Of a DNA stretch of 42,655 nt, positions 26,753 through 34,389 are shown piece by piece. Under the pieces are notes generated by a model. The model saw only the letters and a list, made by a program, of their open reading frames with translations, was not told the origin of the DNA and did no database searches. The DNA is from an uncultured Alphaproteobacteria bacterium. Lineage in GTDB: Bacteria; Pseudomonadota; Alphaproteobacteria; CBDVDY01. The DNA is taken from positions 1-42,655 of the forward strand of contig CBDVDY010000001.1 of NCBI GenBank assembly GCA_965372875.1, written 5' to 3'. Made by a program: the position numbers and the translations under genes. How positions within the stretch are numbered: the first letter of the stretch is position 1; the number at the start of each line of letters is the position of its first letter.

Positions 26753-29482
26753 CTACGCGATTTTCTCGATCCGCGCCTTCAGGTGCTTGAAATCCGCTTG
26801 CCCGGAGACGGGATCGAACAGGCGGCTGGACACCTCGTTGACCAGCCAGCGGTTCTTTTTCGGGTCGGCGCTGTCCGCCACCGAAAGATTCCACGGGGAG
26901 AATATCTGTCCGGACATGACCAGATTGCGCGCCGGCCGCACCTTGGAGTTGGTGCCGATCGAGGTCCGCGCCTCGTAGAAGCAGTTCTTTCCGGTTTCGG
27001 GGTCGATGCGCGGCGTCACGATCCGCACCCATTCTCCGTCCTCGATGTCCCAGCGTTGGGCGTCTTCGGCGTTGACCTCCACGTACATCTCCGGGACCAG
27101 CCGCCTGGTCGTCGGCGAGCGAATGGTCTTGGCGGTGTGGAAGTGCTCGAACACGACGCCGAGGTTCAGCCACAACGGAAATTTGCCGCCTTTCGCCTGT
27201 TCCTTGAGCGGCATTTCGAACGCGTCGAAGTCGGGGAGTTCCGGCGGCAGCCCATTGTCGCGGATCTCCTTCAAAACATCCAGATGATCGGTGACCAACG
27301 CGTCCGGGCTGGTGCCGATCTTCTCGACCTTGGCCAGGATTTCCTTGGCCCGGGAATAATCCTGCTCGCACAGCTTGAACCGCGCGCGGCCGTCCGCGTG
27401 CGGGAAATAGCCGTAGGGCCGGTCTTCCCATCCGGTTTCCTGATTGCCGTATTTCCGTTTCAGCCCGCCGGCCTTGGCCACCGCGTAGTTGGGTGCCGGA
27501 TAGAACAGGCCCTTGGTCTCGCGCAGCGATTCATAGGGGCTTGTTTTTTCACGTTCCTCGAGTTCGGCGAGGCCCGAGATATCGGTCTTGGTGCCCTTCG
27601 AAGCCTTGAGGATGTTCCGGAACACGTCCTCCGGATCGTAGAATCCCTCGTGCACCCCCTCGGTCGCCTTCTTGTAGGGGAACACCTTGTCGGGATCGAG
27701 GCCCAGCCGCTTCGCCACCTCGCGGCCCTCGCCGATGATGATGTCGAGGTCCGGCCTGGTATTGGGCGGGCAGGGCACCGCCTTGTCGGTGACGTAGATA
27801 CGCCGTTCCGAGTTTTGGTAGGTACCGCCCTTTTCACCGAAGGTGGCCGCCGGCAGCACCAGATCGGCGTACAGCAGGTTGGGCGCGTGGCGGTAGCTTT
27901 CGGTCGCCACCACGAACATATTCCGTAACGCCGGCCGCAACAGCGACTTGACCTCGGGCATGTCGATGTGCGTGGCGTAGGAATATTTGAGCATCTTCAA
28001 ATCGCCCTTCAGGGCCCGTTCCATCATGCCCACGGCGAAGCCCACGTTCTTTTGCTTGGCGGTCTTCGCCAAACGGCTCGGCGAGACGCCCCAAGCCTTG
28101 GCGATGTAGTCGCGATGCGCCTTGTTGTTCATGCCTTCGTTAAACGGCAGACGGCCGGTAAGCCCACCCATCAGCCGTTCCGACATGGCGTTTGGCTGGC
28201 CGGTCATCGAGAACGGGCCGGCGCCGGGCCGGGCGATGTCGCCGGTCAGCAGGTGCAGATTGATCAGCGAGAGCACATTGTGCTGGCCGTGGATCGACTG
28301 GTTCCAGCCGCCGATGCCCCAGAACGAGAGCACGCCACCCTTGCCGCGGGCCCGGCCTTTCATCGACGCCTCGGCCCAGGTTTTGGCCAGCTGGCGCACC
28401 AGCGCCGGCGCCAGCCCGGTTCGATCGATCACCTGATCCGGGCTGTAGCGGGCCATAACGCCCTCACGATATTTTTCGAATCCCTTGGTGTGCGAGGTAA
28501 CGAACTTGCTGTCGATGGCGTCCGGGAAATCCTTGAGCAACACATGGGCAATGGCGTTGACCAGCGAGATGTCGCCGTTCGGCTTGATGGTGATATTGAG
28601 CGAATTGGTGGGATTGATCTGGTGCAAACCGTCCATCGTGCCGGTGTAACGCGGATCCACGACCATCGTGGGTATTCCGCGTTTTTCCTTTTCGGCGATC
28701 ACCCGCCAATACAGCACGGAGTGCGAACCGCGGGCGTTGTGGCCGAAGAAATTGATCATGTCGGCGGTTTCGATGTCCTCGTAGCAGCCCGGCGGGTGGT
28801 CGCTGCCGAGCGCGGCGAAATAGCCGGCGACCGCGGAGGTCATGCACATGCGGGCGTTGGCCTCGATGGAGTTCGACTGCAGCACCGCCTTGACGAACTG
28901 GTTCTCCAGCCATTGTTCTTCCATGGTCAGCTGGCCGGAGCCGTATGTGCCGATGGCATTGCCGCCGAACTTCTTGACGATACCGACGGTCATATCGACC
29001 AGGAGGTGCGACGCCTCTTCCCAGGTGACCTCGCGCCACACGTCGTCGTCAAAGCTGCCCTTCGTTTTCGACAGGTGTCCGGTCAGCGGGTTGGTCATGT
29101 CCTTGCGGACGAGTACCTTGTTCAGCCGGTCGACGTCGATGGCCTCGGCCGCGGTCAACCCCTTGATGCATTGCATGCCCAGGTTGACGGTGCTGTCCTT
29201 GTCGGGCACCGAGGCGACGATGCGTCCGTTCCGTACGACCAGGTAGCTGTGGCAGCCGACACCGCAATAGGGGCACTGGGTCGGCACCAAAGTCTGCTCG
29301 TCGCCGGACTCGGCGGCCGCCGCCGAGGCACCCTTGAAGTCGAACACCCAATTATCGCGCACCATGCCAAAGGTGCCGATGCCGGCGCCGATAGCGGCGG
29401 CGCCGCCGCGCATAAATCCTCGCCGGTTGACCTTCGCTTCGTCCAGTCCCAACCATTCACCCGACTTTGAATCTTTCGTCAT
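26753..29482 (-). CDS. Periplasmic molybdopterin (bis-MGD) oxidoreductase, NapA/NasA/Fdh clade, substrate unknown (909 aa)
   Basis: Tat motif NRRGFMRGG. [4Fe-4S] motif CPYCGVGC...GMQCIKG. NapA-like Mo-ligand context ANARMCMTSAVAGY, plus TGQPNAMSER and LPAATFGEKGGTYQNSERR. AAGGAG 6 nt before the ATG at 29480-29482(c). Confidence 0.85.
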   Translation of the reverse strand: MTKDSKSGEWLGLDEAKVNRRGFMRGGAAAIGAGIGTFGMVRDNWVFDFKGASAAAAESGDEQTLVPTQCPYCGVGCHSYLVVRNGRIVASVPDKDSTVNLGMQCIKGLTAAEAIDVDRLNKVLVRKDMTNPLTGHLSKTKGSFDDDVWREVTWEEASHLLVDMTVGIVKKFGGNAIGTYGSGQLTMEEQWLENQFVKAVLQSNSIEANARMCMTSAVAGYFAALGSDHPPGCYEDIETADMINFFGHNARGSHSVLYWRVIAEKEKRGIPTMVVDPRYTGTMDGLHQINPTNSLNITIKPNGDISLVNAIAHVLLKDFPDAIDSKFVTSHTKGFEKYREGVMARYSPDQVIDRTGLAPALVRQLAKTWAEASMKGRARGKGGVLSFWGIGGWNQSIHGQHNVLSLINLHLLTGDIARPGAGPFSMTGQPNAMSERLMGGLTGRLPFNEGMNNKAHRDYIAKAWGVSPSRLAKTAKQKNVGFAVGMMERALKGDLKMLKYSYATHIDMPEVKSLLRPALRNMFVVATESYRHAPNLLYADLVLPAATFGEKGGTYQNSERRIYVTDKAVPCPPNTRPDLDIIIGEGREVAKRLGLDPDKVFPYKKATEGVHEGFYDPEDVFRNILKASKGTKTDISGLAELEEREKTSPYESLRETKGLFYPAPNYAVAKAGGLKRKYGNQETGWEDRPYGYFPHADGRARFKLCEQDYSRAKEILAKVEKIGTSPDALVTDHLDVLKEIRDNGLPPELPDFDAFEMPLKEQAKGGKFPLWLNLGVVFEHFHTAKTIRSPTTRRLVPEMYVEVNAEDAQRWDIEDGEWVRIVTPRIDPETGKNCFYEARTSIGTNSKVRPARNLVMSGQIFSPWNLSVADSADPKKNRWLVNEVSSRLFDPVSGQADFKHLKARIEKIA

Positions 29483-29485
29483 GAT

Positions 29486-30214
29486 CTACTCCTTGGGAGC
29501 GAGGCTTCTGAGATAGGCGACGATGTCGTCGATCTCGTATTCGCGTAGTTCGACGAATCCTTGGCGGCCTTTGAGATACGCTCCCATCGGCGTGCCGACC
29601 CGGCCATACATAAGTGTCGCTTTGATGTATCCGTCGGTGGCTGATTTCAGGAACCCCGGGTCGGCCAACGCCGGCCCGCCGATGCCCGAGACAGCGCCGA
29701 TGACGTGGCCACCGCCGGCGTTCGGGCCGCCTTGCCCTTCCAGCCCGTGGCAGCCCGCGCACAACCCCTTGAACAGGGCGTGGCCTTCGCCGGCGTCGCC
29801 GTCAATGGTTCCATTCGCGATCTCGACGCTGGGCTGGTACTGCCAGCTCTTGATGTACAGGGCGACCGCGCGCATATCGTTCTCGCTCATTTCCTCGGCG
29901 AACGACGGCATGCCGCGCACCGGGCGGCCGTGTCGCATGCTGCGCATCAGATAGCCGAAATCGGCGATTACCAGGAACGACTGAAGATTGAGCGGCAGCC
30001 CCATTCCGCCGCGGCCGTGTTCACCGTGGCAGGCGGCGCAGTTCTCTTCAAACAACATTTGCCCGCGCGAGTAATATTGGTTCCAGCCGCTGTCGCGGGT
30101 GAACACTTGTGGGGCCGTGCCGGCGCCGCTTTGAGCGCTGGCGGCGGTTGCGGCAATTGTAAATACAGCCGCGGCGACGGCCAACGCCGCGCGGCGAACG
30201 CTGCTACGATTCAT
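29486..30214 (-). CDS. Diheme class I c-type cytochrome, Sec-exported (242 aa)
   Basis: Internal ATG at 30212-30214(c). Signal peptide MNRSSVRRAALAVAAAVFTIAATAASA. Two CxxCH motifs (CAACH, CAGCH), each with a downstream Met region (RGMPSF, GTPMGAY). TAG stop lies 3 nt before the molybdoenzyme ATG. Confidence 0.85.
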   Translation of the reverse strand: MNRSSVRRAALAVAAAVFTIAATAASAQSGAGTAPQVFTRDSGWNQYYSRGQMLFEENCAACHGEHGRGGMGLPLNLQSFLVIADFGYLMRSMRHGRPVRGMPSFAEEMSENDMRAVALYIKSWQYQPSVEIANGTIDGDAGEGHALFKGLCAGCHGLEGQGGPNAGGGHVIGAVSGIGGPALADPGFLKSATDGYIKATLMYGRVGTPMGAYLKGRQGFVELREYEIDDIVAYLRSLAPKE

Positions 30215-30415
30215 GATTGTTCCCCCAGTGGATCCATGGGTCGTGACGCAATACCTGTGACCCGTTGTCCACCCCTGATCGTCCCTGTCTCGATGATCTG
30301 GCAGGGTATAGTGGGGTACATGAGTCAAGCAGGCGCGAATGTCAAGAAAACCGGTCATGGAAAACCGGGAACCCCGACGGCGCGGCGGGCCGCCGCTTTG
30401 CCCCGTCCGGCGGCC

Positions 30416-31396
30416 TCAGACCTTGTGGTAGTCGCGGTACCAGGCGACGAAGCGCGGTATTCCCTCGTCGATAGGCGTTTTGGGCGCAAAGCCGAGTTCG
30501 CGCCGGCTGGCCTCGATATCGGCATAGGTCGCCTTGACGTCGCCCGGCTGCATGGGTTGCAGGTCGATCTTGGCTTTCTTGCCGACCGCCTTCTCGATCA
30601 GCTCGATGAAACGCATCAAGGGCTCGCTTTTATTGTTGCCAAGATTGTAAAGCCGGTGCGGCGGCGATTTGCCATCGTCGGCCGGCGGACGGTCGAGCGC
30701 GGCGAGCACGCCGCCGACGATATCCTCGATATAACTGAAATCCCGCGTCATGTCGCCGCGATTGAAGACCTGGATGGGCCGGCCCTCGATGATGGCCTTG
30801 GTGAAAATGTAGGCCGACATGTCCGGCCGACCCCACGGGCCGTAGACCGTGAAAAAACGCAAGCCGGTTTGCGGCAGCCGGTGCAAGTGGCTGTAGCTGT
30901 GGCTGAGCAGTTCGCCGGCCCGCTTGGTCGCGGCGTAGAGCGAAACCGGTTGATCGACGCGGTCGTCGACGGAAAACGGCAAGTCCGTGTTGCCGCCATA
31001 GACCGAGGACGAGCTGGCGTAGACGAGGTGCGCGAGTTGTTCGAGCCGGCGACAGGCTTCGAGCACGTTGAAATGGCCGACCAGGTTCGTCCGGATGTAC
31101 GCGCCCGGGTTTTCCAGCGCGTAGCGCACGCCAGCCTGGGCCGCCAGATGGATGACCCGATCGACGCCGCCGGTGCCGGTCATAGCCTCCTCGATCGCCC
31201 TGCCGTCGGCGATATCGACGCGCCGGAATGTAAACGCCTGGTGTTTCTCCAAGTTGGCGAGGCGCGCCTCCTTGAGCCGCACGTCGTAGTAATCGTTCAA
31301 ATTGTCGACGCCAATCACCGTATCGCCGCGCTCGATCAGCGCGGCGCAGACGTGATAGCCAATGAAACCGGCGGCGCCGGTAACGAGAACACTCAT
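30416..31396 (-). CDS. NAD-dependent nucleotide-sugar epimerase (UDP-glucuronate 4-epimerase-like SDR)
   Basis: VLVTGAAGFIGYHV Rossmann motif, YAATKRAGE catalytic YxxxK, 326 aa. Confidence 0.85.
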   Translation of the reverse strand: MSVLVTGAAGFIGYHVCAALIERGDTVIGVDNLNDYYDVRLKEARLANLEKHQAFTFRRVDIADGRAIEEAMTGTGGVDRVIHLAAQAGVRYALENPGAYIRTNLVGHFNVLEACRRLEQLAHLVYASSSSVYGGNTDLPFSVDDRVDQPVSLYAATKRAGELLSHSYSHLHRLPQTGLRFFTVYGPWGRPDMSAYIFTKAIIEGRPIQVFNRGDMTRDFSYIEDIVGGVLAALDRPPADDGKSPPHRLYNLGNNKSEPLMRFIELIEKAVGKKAKIDLQPMQPGDVKATYADIEASRRELGFAPKTPIDEGIPRFVAWYRDYHKV

Positions 31397-31462
31397 ACTG
31401 TTGGCCTGTTGGCCCCGAAAGCGGTTGGATCGGCGGTGACCTCATATAACCGGGTTTGATAA

Positions 31463-31603
31463 ATAAATCATCTCCCGGCGGTCCGCGAGAAGGTCAAGCG
31501 AGAGATCGCCGGTCTCTATCGCAAGCTCCTGGGCCTGGCCCGGAACAGCCTCAGCCAACAGCTGACTTCGATGGCCCGGATCCTCATAGCCATATCAGCC
31601 TGA
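31463..31603 (+). pseudogene. Possible 3' remnant of a gene (about 46 codons, no start codon)
   Basis: Open frame with genome-typical GC3-rich codons: ...LPAVREKVKREIAGLYRKLLGLARNSLSQQLTSMARILIAISA*. It begins abruptly at an AT-rich junction (aaataaatcat). No family recognised. Confidence 0.2.
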
Positions 31604-31878
31604 AAGAGGGCGGAGCGTGATCTACCCATCCGGTTTAGGGCCGGATTCGTGCTGGTACGCCCGTTGTGCAGCTATCGTCGGTAACCGGACCAAATTATTC
31701 AGGGAATTTGTAGTTAAATTGTATTATTGGACATATTTATTGCTAAGGTTACAAGATCATCCGTAAGTATATTTAAAAGTAGAATTTTCAATACTTGCGT
31801 AATCAAATGAAATGTCCCGCATGCGCACTGGATTGCTGACGATGCGCCCCGAACAGGCGTAAAGCCACCGAACCAAGG

Positions 31879-32364
31879 ATGCGAATTGTGACATTGGACG
31901 ACAAGTTGCCGCAACTGATCCACCGCAACGAGAACCAGATGTCCGCCCGGTTCAACCGGCTGGCCAAGAGATACGGCGTCAACGCCCAGGCTTGGCGCGT
32001 GCTTGGGGCGCTGCTCGATACCGACGATCAGCGGGTCGGTGATTTGGCGAAACACACGGGCATCGAGCTGTCGACGCTCTCTCATATGCTGACAAGGATG
32101 GGCCAGTCCGGCCTGGTCAAGCGCCGGCGCGTGTCCGAGGACCAGCGCACGATGTTGGTCTGGCTCGCCCCAGCAGGGCGGGCCCTAGCGGAAAAGATCA
32201 TTCCCTTGGCCGAGGCGAACGAACAGACGGCACTCGACGGATTCAGCAAGGATGAGGCCAAGTTGCTCAAGGCGCTGCTCAGGCGCGTTGCCAAGAATAT
32301 GGAGGACCAGGAGAAACTGGCCCATCAGGACAACCTTCGCGCCCGGAAAATTAAACGATTATGA
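31879..32364 (+). CDS. MarR family transcriptional regulator
   Basis: Winged-HTH core QAWRVLGALLDTDDQRVGDLAKHTGIELSTLSHMLTRMGQSGLVKRRR. The GTG at 31888 has better SD spacing (AAGGA plus 8 nt) than the ATG at 31879. Confidence 0.85.
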   Translation: MRIVTLDDKLPQLIHRNENQMSARFNRLAKRYGVNAQAWRVLGALLDTDDQRVGDLAKHTGIELSTLSHMLTRMGQSGLVKRRRVSEDQRTMLVWLAPAGRALAEKIIPLAEANEQTALDGFSKDEAKLLKALLRRVAKNMEDQEKLAHQDNLRARKIKRL

Positions 32365-32729
32365 GATTGCGGGAATGTCTGAATTAGGTCAAAAAGTGGA
32401 CATCACATTGGGTGCGAGAGCCTAAAACGGGCGGTTCTGTAATCGGCGGCGGCCAATGTTGTCATCCGCCCCCCGTCGCGGCAAAGCAATAATTGATAAT
32501 GCAACTATTGGTGTTTCAATTAGTCTCCCTGGCCGAGGCGAGGGCCGGGTCGGAATTGGCGTCCGGCGCGCCGCCTAGGGATTCGCAACGGTCCGCGGCG
32601 TTGCATGCGGGGCACACATCGCGGCAATCGACGGCCCAGGGGGCGGGACCGTCAGATATATCTTAAAGCCAATGAACTTCGGAAGTTTTGCTGTATTCCG
32701 TGGTGGCATGCTCGGTCGGTCGCGTGACA

Positions 32730-32747
32730 TGTGTTATTTTTAACACA
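32730..32747. promoter_or_regulatory. Palindrome TGTGTTA-TTTT-TAACACA upstream of the porin promoter; candidate operator
   Basis: Perfect 7-bp arms read directly. Lies about 37 bp upstream of the putative -35. Confidence 0.3.
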
Positions 32748-32783
32748 CCAAAATACGAATATATTTAAGTCCGGCGAATTGCC

Positions 32784-32812
32784 TTGACGATTCCAGGGCT
32801 TGGCTCGATAAC
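32784..32812 (+). promoter_or_regulatory. Sigma70-like promoter candidate for the porin gene
   Basis: TTGACG (32784-32789), 17-nt spacer, GATAAC (32807-32812). Confidence 0.4.
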
Positions 32813-32817
32813 TCGAA

Positions 32818-32845
32818 ATCTCGGAATTCCTACTTATTCCGAGAT
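32818..32845 (+). promoter_or_regulatory. Perfect 10-bp inverted repeat (ATCTCGGAAT-N8-ATTCCGAGAT) at the predicted 5' end of the porin transcript
   Basis: Read directly. Starts about 6 nt after the putative -10. Could be a 5' stabilising stem-loop or a repressor operator. Confidence 0.4.
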
Positions 32846-32912
32846 ATTCGCGATTGCGCTTGAATACAACGCATTGGCGAAACTACAAAAACGGAGAGGA
32901 GGTTCCACTCAT

Positions 32913-34274
32913 ATGACTACACCTCGTTTACGAACGGCCCTGCTGGGGTCCGGCGCCGCGATCGCTTTGCTCGCGGCATCCGGTCCCGTGGCGGCTGACG
33001 AGATCGACGACCTGCGGGCGCAGATCAACGCGCTTCAGGACCAGGTCTCGCAGATTCAGGCCGATGAAACCGCCACGCCGCGCGTTGCGCCGGCCGCCGC
33101 GGTCAATGCCGGCAGCAAGCCCAAGTCGTGGCAGCTTCCGGGCACCAACACGTCGATGTCGATCGGCGGTTACGCCAAGCTGGACGCGATCTACGATCTC
33201 AACGCCGATCAGGGTCCGAACCTGAGCGACGGCGCGGCCGAAGGCTCGCAGGCAGCCAACAAGCAGGGGCATATGCGCCTGCACGCCAGGCAGTCGCGCC
33301 TGTTCGTCAAGACCTGGACGCCCACGGACTGGGGCGAACTCGCCACCCACATCGAATTCGACTTCTTCGGCGCCGGCGGCAACGAGGTCGTGACCAACTC
33401 GGACACCTTCCGTAAGCGCCACGCCTATGGCCGTCTGGGTCCGGTGTTGGCCGGCCAGACCTGGTCGACGAGCCTCGACCTCCGGGCCTATCCCGAAGTC
33501 CTCGATTTCGCCGGTCCGGCGGGCGAACGCTTCATCCGCCAGGGGGTGATCCGCTACACCCACAATCTGGGCGACGGCGCGAATCTCCAGCTCGCGGTCG
33601 AGAACCCGCAACAGACGTTCAGAACCGACGCGGCGAACGCCGGCCTTGGTGCTACGGCGGTCGACCATGCGCCGGACTTCGTTGTCAAGGTGACCAAGAG
33701 GTTCTCGGGTGGCCACATCTCCGGCATGTTCATGGGCCGGGTGCTCTCGGCCGACACCGGTGGTGCCCCAGCCATGGCCTTCGAGGATACGGAGTTCGGC
33801 TGGAGCGGCGCGATTTCGGGCAGCTACAACATCACCCCGAACGACACGTGGAAGTTCGCGTTCTCCTATGGCGACGGCGCGGGACGCTACCAGTTGAACG
33901 GCGTTGGCCAAGCGTTCGTCATTGCCACGCCGTTTGGCTCGGCCACGCCCGAGCTGAGGACGGTCAAGATGTTCGGCGGGCACACCAGCATCCGCCACAA
34001 GTGGAATGCCACCACGCGTTCGAACGTGGTGTTCGGCTCCTCCAAAGCCGATGTCGCGGACGAGATCGACGCCGTGGCCGGCGGCGCCACCGCCAAGGGT
34101 AATATTCCGGCGGGTATTCCGGATCGCAGAAATTCGATCCACGCGAACCTGATCTGGAGCCCGGTGCCGCAGGTCAATATCGGCCTCGAGTACATCTGGC
34201 AGCAGACCTCGTACCACAACAGCAACAACGGCCGTACCAGCCGTATCCATCTGGGTATGCAGTACAAGTTCTAA
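32913..34274 (+). CDS. Outer-membrane porin, DcaP-like (N-terminal coiled coil plus beta-barrel)
   Basis: Internal ATG at 32913 with GGAGAGGAGG upstream. Signal peptide ...GPVAA/DE. Coiled coil IDDLRAQINALQDQVSQIQ. C-terminal beta-signal GMQYKF. Confidence 0.8.
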   Translation: MTTPRLRTALLGSGAAIALLAASGPVAADEIDDLRAQINALQDQVSQIQADETATPRVAPAAAVNAGSKPKSWQLPGTNTSMSIGGYAKLDAIYDLNADQGPNLSDGAAEGSQAANKQGHMRLHARQSRLFVKTWTPTDWGELATHIEFDFFGAGGNEVVTNSDTFRKRHAYGRLGPVLAGQTWSTSLDLRAYPEVLDFAGPAGERFIRQGVIRYTHNLGDGANLQLAVENPQQTFRTDAANAGLGATAVDHAPDFVVKVTKRFSGGHISGMFMGRVLSADTGGAPAMAFEDTEFGWSGAISGSYNITPNDTWKFAFSYGDGAGRYQLNGVGQAFVIATPFGSATPELRTVKMFGGHTSIRHKWNATTRSNVVFGSSKADVADEIDAVAGGATAKGNIPAGIPDRRNSIHANLIWSPVPQVNIGLEYIWQQTSYHNSNNGRTSRIHLGMQYKF

Positions 34275-34310
34275 TCGATCCGCGTTAGCGGAATTCGATT
34301 CGACTGATCT

Positions 34311-34344
34311 GGCCGGTCCCCGAGCGGGGGCCGGCCATTTTTTT
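34311..34344 (+). terminator. Rho-independent terminator of the porin gene
   Basis: GGCCGG(T)CCCC-GAGC-GGGGCCGGCC followed by ATTTTTTT. Confidence 0.8.
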
Positions 34345-34389
34345 GCCGCTTGATCTCTCGCTTTATCACTGATCCTTGGTATTGGCGCG

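Noticed and set aside
26753-29482. Possible selenocysteine (in-frame TGA) in the molybdoenzyme, as in formate dehydrogenases
   Set aside because: The ORF is uninterrupted and the ligand position reads Cys (ARMCMTSA). No SECIS-like requirement arises.
30215-30415. Search for FNR/Dnr (TTGAT-N4-ATCAA) or NarL-type boxes and a clear promoter upstream of the Nap-like operon
   Set aside because: I found only a GTCAAG direct repeat (30324-30329 and 30341-30346) and a GTGAC-N10-GTGAC repeat. Neither matches a known consensus well enough to call.
31714-32085. 123-aa minus-strand ORF spanning the AT-rich region and the marR 5' end
   Set aside because: It is antisense to a well-supported MarR CDS. It has no SD or motifs and its composition switches mid-ORF.
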